DNA from: Bacilli bacterium
GTDB taxonomy: Bacteria; Bacillota_I; Bacilli_A; RFN20; CAG-826
Length of the DNA: 64,000 bases
Assembly: GCA_044372565.1 (NCBI GenBank)
Contig: JBILRP010000001.1
Span: 45,524 to 109,523, forward strand
Reading direction: 5' to 3'
In this document: positions 1 through 8,685 of the stretch, piece after piece
Layout of the letters: every line of letters begins with the position of its first letter
Position numbering within the stretch: the first letter of the stretch is position 1
The notes under the pieces: model-generated
What the model was told of the DNA's origin: nothing
What the model saw: only the letters and a program-made list of their open reading frames with translations
Database searches by the model: none
Program-made: the position numbers and the translations under genes

Positions 1-603
1 TAAGACCCAATTGTTATAAGCACCTTCGATTTGCAATGGTAAACTACGAACAATCCCGGCAAAAATAATCACCGAAATCCCGTTACCAATCCCTTTGGTG
101 GTGATTTGATCACCAAGCCACATGACCAACATCCCACCTGCCATCAAGACAGTGACGATGTAGGCATAGCTCCAAAATGAAGTATCGTTTAAGGTAATAA
201 AACTTGACGTTTCCATCGTGCGAACAATCCCGTAAGCTTGAACTGCACCTAATAATAAGGTTAAATAACGCGTGGTCATTTCCATTTTTTTACGTCCGGA
301 TTGACCTTGTTTACTTAATTCAGTTAACGCAGGCAACACATCCATCCCTAAGAGTTGGACGATGATGCTACTGGTGATGTAAGGAGAAACCCCTAAGGCA
401 AAGACTGAAAAACTTTGCAGTGCACCCCCACCTAATAAATTGAGTAAGGATAATGCGTTGTTGGTTTGGAAATCAACATCTTGAACGGTGACCCCAGGAA
501 CAGTAATTGCAGCCCCAATGCGGAAAACAAAAAGAATCATCACCACAAAAAAGATGCGGTTTACAATTTCCTTGTTTGTAAAGATGGCAGCAAGTTTTTT
601 CAT
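1..603 (-). CDS. secY: Preprotein translocase SecY, N-terminal ~200 aa (3' end runs off the window)
   Basis: Reverse translation from the ATG at 603-601 gives MKKLAAIFTNKEIVNRIFFVVMILFVFRIGAAITVPGVTVQ... It sits directly after rplO as in spc operons. Its ATG overlaps the rplO TAA (TAATG). Confidence 0.9.
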   Translation of the reverse strand, partial: MKKLAAIFTNKEIVNRIFFVVMILFVFRIGAAITVPGVTVQDVDFQTNNALSLLNLLGGGALQSFSVFALGVSPYITSSIIVQLLGMDVLPALTELSKQGQSGRKKMEMTTRYLTLLLGAVQAYGIVRTMETSSFITLNDTSFWSYAYIVTVLMAGGMLVMWLGDQITTKGIGNGISVIIFAGIVRSLPLQIEGAYNNWVL

Positions 604-1046
604 TATTTAATAACCTCAGTGGTTCCGCCCGCTTCTGTAATCGCCTTGATGGCGGATTGTGAAAAGTGATGGGCGAGAACTTTAAGTTTCTTATCTAATT
701 TACCATTGCCTAAGATTTTAACACCTCTGGCTCTAGATTTGACCAAGCCAAGATCAATCAACATGGTTGGATTGACTTCAGTTCCGTCCTTAAATTGACT
801 TAAATCACTGACGTTAACAACACCATACCGAACGGTGGTGTAGTTTTTAAATCCTCGTTTGGGAATTCGACGATAGAGTGGGTTTTGACCACCTTCAAAT
901 CCAGGGCGGACTGAACCACCTGAACGTGAACCTTGACCAAGAATACCCCGACCTGAGGTTTTTCCTAAACCAGACCCGATCCCACGACCGACGCGGGTCC
1001 GTTTTTTACGAGCTCCTTGATTTGCTTTGAGTTGATTGAAAGCCAT
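603..1046 (-). CDS. rplO: 50S ribosomal protein L15 (uL15)
   Basis: Contains GRGIGSGLGKTSGRG, the typical L15 N-terminal motif. Operon position supports the call. Confidence 0.95.
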   Translation of the reverse strand: MAFNQLKANQGARKKRTRVGRGIGSGLGKTSGRGILGQGSRSGGSVRPGFEGGQNPLYRRIPKRGFKNYTTVRYGVVNVSDLSQFKDGTEVNPTMLIDLGLVKSRARGVKILGNGKLDKKLKVLAHHFSQSAIKAITEAGGTTEVIK

Positions 1047-1059
1047 GTGGATAATCCTC

Positions 1060-1695
1060 CTAGAGCTTGCCTCTTAAAGCAAGATATTCCTTTTTCGATT
1101 TTAATTGGCTTAAGGCATCATGCGTAGCACGGACGATATTAATCGCAGCCCGTGAACCATAAACCTTTGAGTAAACGTTTTTGCATCCTGCTAATTCTAA
1201 GATGGCGCGAACTGGACCACCGGCGATAATCCCAGTCCCTTCAGGCGCTGGTTTTAAGAAGACGTTGGTTGCACCCCATTGACCCGTGACTTCATGGGTA
1301 ATGGTGCTTGCGCGAACAAATTGAATCATGTTGGTATTTTTTCTAGCAGCTTCTAATGCTTTTTTAATCGCATCAGGAACTTCTCCTGCCTTACCATGAG
1401 CGAAACCATATTTGCCCTTGGCGTTGCCAATGACGACAAGCGCGGTAAAACGCATGTTTTTACCACCTTTGACGACCTTGGTGACACGTTTAATCGCAAC
1501 GGTACGTTCTTCGTATTCTTTAGGTTCATTATCCCGACGAGGACGACGACCACCGCGGTCATTACGACGACCACCACGATCACCACCAGCGCCTTGATAG
1601 CCACCAGTTCCACTTCCTTGGTAACCACCAGGACGTGAAGAAGGATTGCTTGAAGCAGTTGGTTTGACGTCAGTTTTGATTTCAGTTTTTTCCAT
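1060..1695 (-). CDS. rpsE: 30S ribosomal protein S5 (uS5) with a ~60-aa N-terminal Gly/Arg-rich extension
   Basis: The core RVTKVVKGGKNMRF...GTGIIAGGPVRAILELAG is canonical S5. An AAGGAG SD precedes the ATG at 1695, so the extension is translated. Confidence 0.93.
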   Translation of the reverse strand: MEKTEIKTDVKPTASSNPSSRPGGYQGSGTGGYQGAGGDRGGRRNDRGGRRPRRDNEPKEYEERTVAIKRVTKVVKGGKNMRFTALVVIGNAKGKYGFAHGKAGEVPDAIKKALEAARKNTNMIQFVRASTITHEVTGQWGATNVFLKPAPEGTGIIAGGPVRAILELAGCKNVYSKVYGSRAAINIVRATHDALSQLKSKKEYLALRGKL

Positions 1696-1706
1696 TGGGT
1701 TGCTCC

Positions 1707-2057
1707 TTAGAATTTTAATCCAGCTTCACGCGCGGCATCCGCTAAAGCTTTGATTCGACCATGATACATATATCCGGAACGATCAAAGACAACCGTTTGA
1801 ATACCTTTGGCAATTGCTTTTTTGGCAACATCATTACCAACCGTTTTTGCAGCATCGATGGTTTTACCAATCTTTAAATCTTTGGATGAAGAGGCAACAA
1901 GGGTGACGCCTTTGGTATCATCAATCACTTGAGCATAAATGCCCGTGTTTGAACGAAACACGGATAAACGTGGACGGGCGGTTGTACCCGATAAGATTTT
2001 ACGTAGCCGGGTATGACGTAATTGCCGTTGCGAATTCTTAGATGGTTTGTTAATCAT
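1707..2057 (-). CDS. rplR: 50S ribosomal protein L18 (uL18)
   Basis: [20 protein letters not shown]...[26 protein letters not shown] is canonical L18. Confidence 0.95.
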   Translation of the reverse strand: MINKPSKNSQRQLRHTRLRKILSGTTARPRLSVFRSNTGIYAQVIDDTKGVTLVASSSKDLKIGKTIDAAKTVGNDVAKKAIAKGIQTVVFDRSGYMYHGRIKALADAAREAGLKF

Positions 2058-2069
2058 GTCCCCATCCTC

Positions 2070-2639
2070 CTATTTCTTAGCCGCGGCAGTCGGTGCAGCA
2101 GCTGCAGCAGCACGCTTACCTTCTTTGCGGATAATTCTTTCACCACGATAACGAATCCCTTTACCTTGATAAGGTTCAGGTGGACGTTGCATACGAATCG
2201 TTGCCGCCGTTTCTCCAACAGCTTGCTTATCGACGCCTTCGATGACCAATTTGGTATTTTCATTCACCGTCACTTTTACACCAGGTAATGGTTTGACGAT
2301 GACTGGATGAGAAAAGCCAATCGACATTTCTAAGATAGGACCTTTGATGACAGCCCGGAAACCAATCCCGACCAAATCAAGATCTTCTTTAAATCCAACC
2401 GAAACCCCAATCACCGCATTGGCGAAAATCGAGCGGGTGGTTCCATGAATCTTTTTGACCTCTTCGGTATCATTGGGACGAGCAAGTTTAAGGCTCGTAC
2501 CTTCTTGTTTTAAAGTGAAACCTTTTGGTAAAGGTAAGGATAACTTACCCTTGGGTCCTTCAAAGTTAACCATGCCACCTTGAATGGCAAACTTAACGTT
2601 GGCAGGTAAGGGAATTAATTTATTTCCAACACGTGACAT
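2070..2639 (-). CDS. rplF: 50S ribosomal protein L6 (uL6), short Ala-rich C-terminal tail
   Basis: MSRVGNKLIPLPANV... and PEPYKGKGIRY-like motifs match L6. Operon position supports the call. Confidence 0.95.
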   Translation of the reverse strand: MSRVGNKLIPLPANVKFAIQGGMVNFEGPKGKLSLPLPKGFTLKQEGTSLKLARPNDTEEVKKIHGTTRSIFANAVIGVSVGFKEDLDLVGIGFRAVIKGPILEMSIGFSHPVIVKPLPGVKVTVNENTKLVIEGVDKQAVGETAATIRMQRPPEPYQGKGIRYRGERIIRKEGKRAAAAAAPTAAAKK

Positions 2640-2650
2640 ATATTAATCTC

Positions 2651-3049
2651 CTACCAGACATAGGCAAGCACTTCGCCGCCTAAACCTTTTTCTCTAGCTT
2701 TAGCATCCGTCATGATGCCTTGAGGAGTAGAAATAATCGCCACGCCAAGACCACGAATAACGCGTGGTAATTTTTCAACGGTTGCCGTCACTCTTAACCC
2801 AGGTTTAGAGATACGACGAATCCCATTAATGACTCGAACGGAGCCGTTATTGGCATACTTTAATGAAAGAACGATTTGCTTTTTGCTATCGCCAATCACT
2901 TCAAAACTATTGATGAAACCTTCGTCCTTTAAGATCGCCGCTAAGCGAACTTTAATCCCACTACTAGGCATCGTGACGGCCACTTGTTTTAACAAGTTTG
3001 CGTTACGAATTCTGGTGAGCATGTCGGCAATTGGATCGGTAAATGACAT
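2651..3049 (-). CDS. rpsH: 30S ribosomal protein S8 (uS8)
   Basis: [17 protein letters not shown]...GGEVLAYVW is canonical S8. Confidence 0.95.
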   Translation of the reverse strand: MSFTDPIADMLTRIRNANLLKQVAVTMPSSGIKVRLAAILKDEGFINSFEVIGDSKKQIVLSLKYANNGSVRVINGIRRISKPGLRVTATVEKLPRVIRGLGVAIISTPQGIMTDAKAREKGLGGEVLAYVW

Positions 3050-3062
3050 ACGTTTTTCCTCC

Positions 3063-3248
3063 TTACCAACTAGCCTTTTTCATCCCTGGAATTTCACCAC
3101 GATGGGCGAGTTCCCGGAGACAAATTCGGCAAACTTTAAACTTTTGGATGACCGCACGAGGACGACCACAACGTTGACAGCGTGTATACGCACGAACTGC
3201 AAACTTGGGTTTCTTTAATTGACGTTGTACTGTCGAGGTTTTTGCCAT
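3063..3248 (-). CDS. rpsN: 30S ribosomal protein S14 type Z (61 aa, zinc-ribbon form)
   Basis: Carries the [10 protein letters not shown]...CRIC Cys pairs and ends in W. Its 61-aa length and position between rplE and rpsH support the call. Confidence 0.93.
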   Translation of the reverse strand: MAKTSTVQRQLKKPKFAVRAYTRCQRCGRPRAVIQKFKVCRICLRELAHRGEIPGMKKASW

Positions 3249-3256
3249 AATGCTCC

Positions 3257-4093
3257 TTACCGGTTGAATGGCATGCCTAATGCTTGTAATAAAGCATAAG
3301 CTTGCTCATCGTTTTGCGCGGTGGTGACAATGACAATGTCCATGCCGCGAATCTTGTTGACGCGATCAAAGTTAATTTCTGGGAAAATCAGTTGTTCTTT
3401 AATCCCCAGGGTATAGTTACCACGACCATCAAAACTATTACGAGAGACCCCACGGAAATCACGCACACGTGGTAGGGCAATCGACACGAGTTTATCTAAG
3501 AATTGATACATCTTCACGCCACGTAAAGTGACTTTGGTACCAATCGCTTGATTTTCTCTTAGCTTGAAGGTGGCAATGGATTTCTTTGATTTGGTAATCA
3601 CTGGCTTTTGCCCGGTAATATCAGTAAGTTCTTTCACTGATTCTTCCAATAACTTGGCGTTACCTGTGGCATCACCAACACCGACGTTGACCACAATCTT
3701 TTCAACCTTAGGCACTTGCATGATGGATTTAAACTTCAGTGTCTTTAAAAGTTCTGGGCGAATGTCTTTAAAGTATTTGGTTTGTAACCGTGAGGTTAAT
3801 TTCACCGCAGGTTGAGATTTGCTGACTTTTGCAGCAACTTCTTTCGCAGGAGCGACTTCTTTTGCCTTTGCAGCAACTTCTTTCGCAGGAGCGACTTCTT
3901 TTGCTTTTGCAGCAACTTCTTTCGCAGGAGCAACTTCTTTTGCTTTTGGAGCAACTTCTTTGACTGGAGTTGAAACTGGTTTTGCCGCAACGGTGGTCGC
4001 TGGAGCTGCGTCAACTTTTGGTTTACGAGGTTTCGTCACTGCGTCAGTGTCAGTGGTAACCGCTGCCGGTTTCACTTTCTTTTCTTCTGCCAT
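3257..4093 (-). CDS. rplE: 50S ribosomal protein L5 (uL5) with a ~100-aa N-terminal Ala/Lys/Pro/Val/Glu-rich extension
   Basis: The C-terminal 180 aa ([17 protein letters not shown]...[10 protein letters not shown]...) are canonical L5. An AAGGAGGG SD lies 7-8 nt before the ATG at 4093. There is no internal Met near the canonical start. Confidence 0.93.
   Translation of the reverse strand: MAEEKKVKPAAVTTDTDAVTKPRKPKVDAAPATTVAAKPVSTPVKEVAPKAKEVAPAKEVAAKAKEVAPAKEVAAKAKEVAPAKEVAAKVSKSQPAVKLTSRLQTKYFKDIRPELLKTLKFKSIMQVPKVEKIVVNVGVGDATGNAKLLEESVKELTDITGQKPVITKSKKSIATFKLRENQAIGTKVTLRGVKMYQFLDKLVSIALPRVRDFRGVSRNSFDGRGNYTLGIKEQLIFPEINFDRVNKIRGMDIVIVTTAQNDEQAYALLQALGMPFNR
3831..3960. repeat. In-frame 39-bp tandem repeat, 3 full copies plus a partial one, inside the rplE extension
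   Basis: The unit gcagcaacttctttcgcaggagcgacttcttttgc(c/t)ttt occurs at 3831-3869, 3870-3908 and 3909-3947, followed by a partial copy. It encodes [13 protein letters not shown] x3 on the minus strand. Confidence 0.95.
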
Positions 4094-4107
4094 GATGATA
4101 TCCCTCC

Positions 4108-4422
4108 TTATTCAATCGCCGCGCCGGATTTAACCGCGAGGCGAACTTTTTTGTCTTTAACAACACTGACTTTATATCGTGTTGCTTTTTTTGTTTTTGG
4201 ATCGATGAGCGCAACATTGGAACGATGGACAGGGGCGTAAATATCTAGAATCGTCCCTTCAGGATTGTTTTGTTTTGGTTTTTGATGTTTCTTGCGAACA
4301 TTAATCCCTTCAACCACGACCCGATCACTGACTCGATCAATACGTTGAATCGCGCCAGTTTTTCCTTTGTCACGTCCAGCAATGATAATGACTTTATCGC
4401 CTTTTTTTAATTGGGTTGCCAT
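4108..4422 (-). CDS. rplX: 50S ribosomal protein L24 (uL24)
   Basis: [18 protein letters not shown] is a KOW motif. Operon position supports the call. Confidence 0.95.
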   Translation of the reverse strand: MATQLKKGDKVIIIAGRDKGKTGAIQRIDRVSDRVVVEGINVRKKHQKPKQNNPEGTILDIYAPVHRSNVALIDPKTKKATRYKVSVVKDKKVRLAVKSGAAIE

Positions 4423-4433
4423 ATCAGTACTCC

Positions 4434-4808
4434 TTATAAGACTTCCGGTGCTAAGGAAATAATTTTCATAAATCCTTCACCTAAGTCACGTAACTCACGG
4501 GCCACTGGACCAAAAACACGGGTGCCCTTTGGGGTACCGTCTTCATTGATTAACACAATCGCATTGTCATCAAAAGAAATCGAAGAACCATCTTGACGGT
4601 GAATCGCTTTCTTTGTACGAACGATCACACCTTTGACGATGTCACCTTTTTTCACTTTGCCATCAACAATCGCAACTTTGACAGCGCACATGACGATGTC
4701 ACCAATACTAGAACTACCACGGAAAGAACCACCATATAATTGGAAAATTCTTACTGATTTGGCGCCGGAATTATCGGCAACCACTAAGTTAGTTTCCTTT
4801 TGAACCAT
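4434..4808 (-). CDS. rplN: 50S ribosomal protein L14 (uL14)
   Basis: [17 protein letters not shown]...GPVARELR is canonical L14. Confidence 0.95.
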   Translation of the reverse strand: MVQKETNLVVADNSGAKSVRIFQLYGGSFRGSSSIGDIVMCAVKVAIVDGKVKKGDIVKGVIVRTKKAIHRQDGSSISFDDNAIVLINEDGTPKGTRVFGPVARELRDLGEGFMKIISLAPEVL

Positions 4809-5091
4809 TGGTTTCTTCCTCCTTCAATTCAACTTTTTGAAAACCTTTTTTATCAATCGACACCAAACGGAAACGTTTGGTTCTTGATAAAGGTCTTGTT
4901 TCAACGATCGTGACGGTATCACCAATGTTTGCTTCATTGTTTTCATCATGAGCAAAGAACTTCTTTGAAATGGTGACGAGTTTCTTATATTTAGGATGGG
5001 GGTTTTTATTAACGATTAAAACCGCGATGGTTTTATCGTTTTTATTGCTGACCACAGTGCCTGTGAATGTACGACGTGTGCCACGTTCCAT
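4789..5091 (-). CDS. rpsQ: 30S ribosomal protein S17 (uS17), slightly extended C-terminus overlapping the rplN start by 20 nt
   Basis: [21 protein letters not shown]...[22 protein letters not shown] is canonical S17. Confidence 0.93.
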   Translation of the reverse strand: MERGTRRTFTGTVVSNKNDKTIAVLIVNKNPHPKYKKLVTISKKFFAHDENNEANIGDTVTIVETRPLSRTKRFRLVSIDKKGFQKVELKEEETNGSKGN

Positions 5092-5105
5092 AAGTGGTTG
5101 CCTCC

Positions 5106-5306
5106 TTATTTAAGACCTAATTCGCGTTCGCGGATGATCGTATAAATACGAGCAATGTCCTTGCGAATGCTGGTTAAGTTTTTGCCATTCTTAAGTTGGC
5201 CAACCGCTTGTTGACGACGTAAGTTGAAGAGTTCTTCTTTGAGAACGTAAATCTTTGCATTGAGCTCGTCGGTTTTTAAATCACGGATGTCCTTGAGTTT
5301 TAACAC
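5106..5306 (-). CDS. rpmC: 50S ribosomal protein L29 (uL29)
   Basis: LKTDELNAKIYVLKEELFNLRRQ is typical L29. Operon position supports the call. Confidence 0.93.
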   Translation of the reverse strand: MLKLKDIRDLKTDELNAKIYVLKEELFNLRRQQAVGQLKNGKNLTSIRKDIARIYTIIRERELGLK

Positions 5307-5308
5307 AA

Positions 5309-5788
5309 TTATTTACCTCCTTCGGTGGCGACTTTGGTTTCTTTGACTGGTTTGACTGCGTTGACAACACTGACGTCTTTGACTTCTCGTTTGATGATCT
5401 TGGTTTTCACGGGTAATTTAAAGCTAGCAAGACGTAAGGCTTCAATCGCGTCTTTGGCAGGAACCCCACCAATTTCAAACATGACTCGATTGACTTTGAC
5501 AACAGCAACCCAGAATTCTGGCGCCCCTTTACCGGAACCCATTCGAACTTCCGCTGGCTTTTTGGTTTTCGCCATGTGTGGGAAGATGCGAATCCAGACT
5601 TTACCCGAACGCTTCGTGAAGTTGTTTAAGACAACACGCGCGGCTTCGATTTGGCGGTCAGAAACATACTCACCTTCTGTGGCTTGTAAACCATAATCAC
5701 CAAAGGCAACGGTGTTGCCCGCTTTAGAAAGACCTTCCCATTTCAGGGAGTGTGGTCGCCGATATTTGACACGTTTTGGTTGTAACAT
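5309..5788 (-). CDS. rplP: 50S ribosomal protein L16 (uL16), ~20-aa C-terminal tail
   Basis: [11 protein letters not shown]...IWIRIFPH...RMGSGKG is canonical L16. Confidence 0.95.
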   Translation of the reverse strand: MLQPKRVKYRRPHSLKWEGLSKAGNTVAFGDYGLQATEGEYVSDRQIEAARVVLNNFTKRSGKVWIRIFPHMAKTKKPAEVRMGSGKGAPEFWVAVVKVNRVMFEIGGVPAKDAIEALRLASFKLPVKTKIIKREVKDVSVVNAVKPVKETKVATEGGK

Positions 5789-5791
5789 CGT

Positions 5792-6511
5792 TTATACTCC
5801 TTCTTTAGCATTGACCGCTTCTGGTTCATCAATCAATTCTTTTTCTTGATTGGCGTTGGCGGATGCAGTGGTGTCGTAGTCGCCACGGCAAATCCAAACT
5901 TTGATCCCTAAACGACCATAGGTCATGTGGGCTTCAACCTTGGCAAAGTCAATGTCTGAACGTAAGGTATGTAATGGAATCGTGCCTTCGTGGTAACCTT
6001 CTCCACGAGCAATTTCTGCACCACCTAAACGACCAGTCACCATGGTTTTGACACCCTTGGCACCAGCTTTTTTCACGCGTTGAATGGCTTTCTTTTGCGC
6101 CGTTCTAAACGATGCACGTTGTTCGAGTTCTTTGGCAATGCTTAAGGCAACAAGGCGAGCATCTAAGTCTGGTGATTTGACTTCAAGAACATCCAATTTA
6201 AAGGTTCCCGATTTCACTAATTTTTGTAAGTACTTGGTTAAACGATTGACGTTGGCACCATCTTGACCAATGACCACACCTGGGCGGGCCACATGGCAAA
6301 TGACATTCACATTGGTCCCTTTGTCCGTCTTTTGACGTTCAACATCAATATGAGAAACCATCGCTTCTTTTAATTCTTTATCTAGGTAACGACGAATGGC
6401 AATGTCTTCTAATAAGAAGGTTGAGAAATCTTTCTTGTTGGCATACCAGCGTGAATTCCATCCACGACCAATCCCGACGCGAAAACCAGTTGGATTAATT
6501 TTATGACCCAT
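5792..6511 (-). CDS. rpsC: 30S ribosomal protein S3 (uS3)
   Basis: MGHKINPTGFRVG...GRLGGAEIAR is canonical S3. Confidence 0.95.
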   Translation of the reverse strand: MGHKINPTGFRVGIGRGWNSRWYANKKDFSTFLLEDIAIRRYLDKELKEAMVSHIDVERQKTDKGTNVNVICHVARPGVVIGQDGANVNRLTKYLQKLVKSGTFKLDVLEVKSPDLDARLVALSIAKELEQRASFRTAQKKAIQRVKKAGAKGVKTMVTGRLGGAEIARGEGYHEGTIPLHTLRSDIDFAKVEAHMTYGRLGIKVWICRGDYDTTASANANQEKELIDEPEAVNAKEGV

Positions 6512-6514
6512 ATC

Positions 6515-6865
6515 TTACATTCCCGCTCTTTCTTTGATGGTGATGAATAAATTGCTTTTACGTTTGATGATGCTTGAGGCTGACCCTTTCGCTCTTGGCA
6601 TAAATCTCTTGTCACGTTTACCTTCGTTAGCAGCAATTTCCGCCACCATTAAATTGGCTTCAGTCATTTGGTGATTCTTCACCGCATTGGCAGCAGCAGA
6701 TTTAATCAGTTTGATGACATCATTACTTGCTTTACGATTGACGTTGGATAAAATCGCTAAGGCTTCGATCACGGATTTACCGCGAACCAAATCCACCACG
6801 AGTTGAGCTTTACGTGGGGTGACCTTAATGTTATAGGCAATGGCTTTTGCAAAATCTTGTTTCAT
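6515..6865 (-). CDS. rplV: 50S ribosomal protein L22 (uL22)
   Basis: Contains PRKAQLVVDLVRGKSVIEALAIL. Operon position supports the call. Confidence 0.95.
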   Translation of the reverse strand: MKQDFAKAIAYNIKVTPRKAQLVVDLVRGKSVIEALAILSNVNRKASNDVIKLIKSAAANAVKNHQMTEANLMVAEIAANEGKRDKRFMPRAKGSASSIIKRKSNLFITIKERAGM

Positions 6866-6875
6866 GCATTAACTC

Positions 6876-7343
6876 CTATTTACCAGCTGGCTTAGCTGCA
6901 GGTTTGGCTGCAGGTTTTGCAGCAGGTGCAGCGGCAGCAGCGGGAGCAGCGGCAGGTTTAGCACCGGCTGGTGCACCGGCAGCGGGAGCAGCGGCAGGTT
7001 TGGCAGCACCACTTGGTGCGCCACTTGGAGCGCCAGCAGCGCCAGGAGCGCCTCCACCAGTTGACGCCGCTTTATCTTCAGCGGTGTGACCGGTATGGCC
7101 TTTAAAGACTCGGGTTGGTGAAAATTCGCCTAATTTATGACCGACCATATCTTCTGTGATATAAACGGTGATATGTTCTTTGCCGTTATAAACTGCAAAA
7201 GTATGTTCAATAAATTCAGGCATGATCGTGGAACGACGTGACCAAGTCTTGATGATTTCTTTTTTCTTTGAAGTGTTCAATTTTTGAACTTTCTTCATTA
7301 AGAATTCATCGTAGAATGGTCCTTTTTTAATGCTTCGTGACAT
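6876..7343 (-). CDS. rpsS: 30S ribosomal protein S19 (uS19) with a ~63-aa C-terminal Ala/Pro/Gly/Lys tail
   Basis: Residues 1-92 ([13 protein letters not shown]...[18 protein letters not shown]) are canonical S19. The frame then stays open through the GC-rich 6879-7067. Confidence 0.93.
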   Translation of the reverse strand: MSRSIKKGPFYDEFLMKKVQKLNTSKKKEIIKTWSRRSTIMPEFIEHTFAVYNGKEHITVYITEDMVGHKLGEFSPTRVFKGHTGHTAEDKAASTGGGAPGAAGAPSGAPSGAAKPAAAPAAGAPAGAKPAAAPAAAAAPAAKPAAKPAAKPAGK

Positions 7344-7357
7344 GATGTTTCCTCCCT

Positions 7358-8191
7358 TTATTTATCGTTGATTCTGCGGATAATCAATCTACCCGATGCT
7401 TTTTTACGACTGCGTGTCTTCACACCTTGTGAACGCTTACCCCAAGGAGTTCTTGGTGCATCGCGACCAATTGGCGTCTTACCACTACCCCCACCATGAG
7501 GGTGATCGGTTGGGTTCATGCGTGAACCAGCAACCGCAGGACGGATATTTAACCAACGTGATTTTCCAGCTTTACCGAAATTAATCAAGTTGTATTCTTC
7601 GTTACCAACGACACCAACGGTCGCTCGGCAAACGCCTAAGACTTTACGGACTTCACCACTGGTTAAACGCAAGGTAATATATTTGTCTTCTTTACCAAGA
7701 ATTTGCACAGATGAACCGGCCGCGCGTGCCATTTGGCCGCCACGTCCTGGGGTCATTTCAACGTTATGAACGATCGTACCTTCAGGCATATTCGCTAACG
7801 GCATCGCGTTACCAGTTTTAATATCCACTTGTTCACCAGAGACAATTTTGCTGCCCACTGGTAAATCTTTTGGAGATAAAATATAACGTTTGTCGCCATC
7901 CGCATAAACAATCAATGAGATGTAAGCATTACGGAATGGATCGTATTCAATCGTAGAAACAGTGCCAACGACACCATCTTTGATTCGACGGAAATCGATT
8001 AAACGATAGCGACGTTTATTACCGCCACCGATATGACGTGTGGTGATTACACCTTGGTTGTTACGACCACCAGTGTTCATCTTCTTGGTAAGAAGACTCT
8101 TCAATGGGGTGCGGGTGGTGATTTCTTCAAACGTGGTATTTGTCATTTCCCGACGTGAAGGTGTATAAGGACGATATGAACGAATGGCCAT
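7358..8191 (-). CDS. rplB: 50S ribosomal protein L2 (uL2)
   Basis: Contains [19 protein letters not shown] and [15 protein letters not shown], both L2 motifs. Confidence 0.96.
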   Translation of the reverse strand: MAIRSYRPYTPSRREMTNTTFEEITTRTPLKSLLTKKMNTGGRNNQGVITTRHIGGGNKRRYRLIDFRRIKDGVVGTVSTIEYDPFRNAYISLIVYADGDKRYILSPKDLPVGSKIVSGEQVDIKTGNAMPLANMPEGTIVHNVEMTPGRGGQMARAAGSSVQILGKEDKYITLRLTSGEVRKVLGVCRATVGVVGNEEYNLINFGKAGKSRWLNIRPAVAGSRMNPTDHPHGGGSGKTPIGRDAPRTPWGKRSQGVKTRSRKKASGRLIIRRINDK

Positions 8192-8205
8192 GTGATGTTA
8201 CCTCC

Positions 8206-8685
8206 TTATTCCTTGAATAAGTCAAGCGCTTGACCGCTGACCAGTGTGACGATGGCTTTCTTATAACTTGAGATCGTACCAGGATGTTGACCGCGACGTG
8301 TATATTTCGCACGAACGTTGACAATGTTAACTTTTTTAACTTTCACTTTGTAGGTCGCTTCAAAGGCCAATTTAACTTGGGTTTTGTTGCTTCTACCATC
8401 AACTTCAACGGTCACCTTTTGTTGCTTTTCAATAGCCTTCATCGACTTTTCAGTGACGAGTGGGCGAATGATGGCAGCAAAACTTGAAAGGGCAACTTTA
8501 CCATTGGTAGGTTGTACTGTATTCACTTTTTCAGTTTTCACCACTGGAGTTTTTTCAACTTTTTCTACTTTGGTTGGTTTCACAGCTGCTACTTTTTTTG
8601 CAGGTTTTGCTTTTTCAGCAACTGGAGCCTTGTCGACGACTTTGGTTGCGGTTGCTTCTTCAGCAACTTTCTTGGTACGTGCCAT
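8206..8685 (-). CDS. rplW: 50S ribosomal protein L23 (uL23) with a ~65-aa N-terminal Lys/Val/Ala/Glu/Pro/Thr-rich extension
   Basis: The C-terminal ~94 aa (IIRPLVTEKSMKAIEKQQKVTVEVD...KKAIVTL) are canonical L23. A GAGGAGG SD precedes the ATG at 8685. Confidence 0.92.
   Translation of the reverse strand: MARTKKVAEEATATKVVDKAPVAEKAKPAKKVAAVKPTKVEKVEKTPVVKTEKVNTVQPTNGKVALSSFAAIIRPLVTEKSMKAIEKQQKVTVEVDGRSNKTQVKLAFEATYKVKVKKVNIVNVRAKYTRRGQHPGTISSYKKAIVTLVSGQALDLFKE

Noticed and set aside
1353-1638. Three overlapping ORFs (91, 80 and 61 aa) within rpsE
   Set aside because: They fall in the Gly/Arg-rich region and core of a clearly conserved S5 gene. They show no SD, and their sequences are repetitive and nonsensical.
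3831-3960. Regularly spaced 39-bp direct repeats that could superficially resemble a CRISPR array
   Set aside because: The copies are contiguous with no spacers. They are in frame within rplE and encode a peptide repeat. No cas genes are present in the window.
3802-4133. Alternative-frame and antisense ORFs (70 aa and 104 aa) over the rplE repeat region
   Set aside because: They are generated by the 39-bp tandem repeat, whose periodicity is a multiple of 3 and keeps several frames open. Their products are low-complexity, and they have no independent start signals.
6847-7089. 80-aa plus-strand ORF ([14 protein letters not shown]…) and 62-aa minus-strand alternative-frame ORF inside the rpsS tail
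   Set aside because: They lie inside a GC-rich low-complexity stretch where all frames are open. They have no SD and sit antisense or out of frame to a gene whose frame is fixed by the canonical S19 core. They are artefacts of composition.
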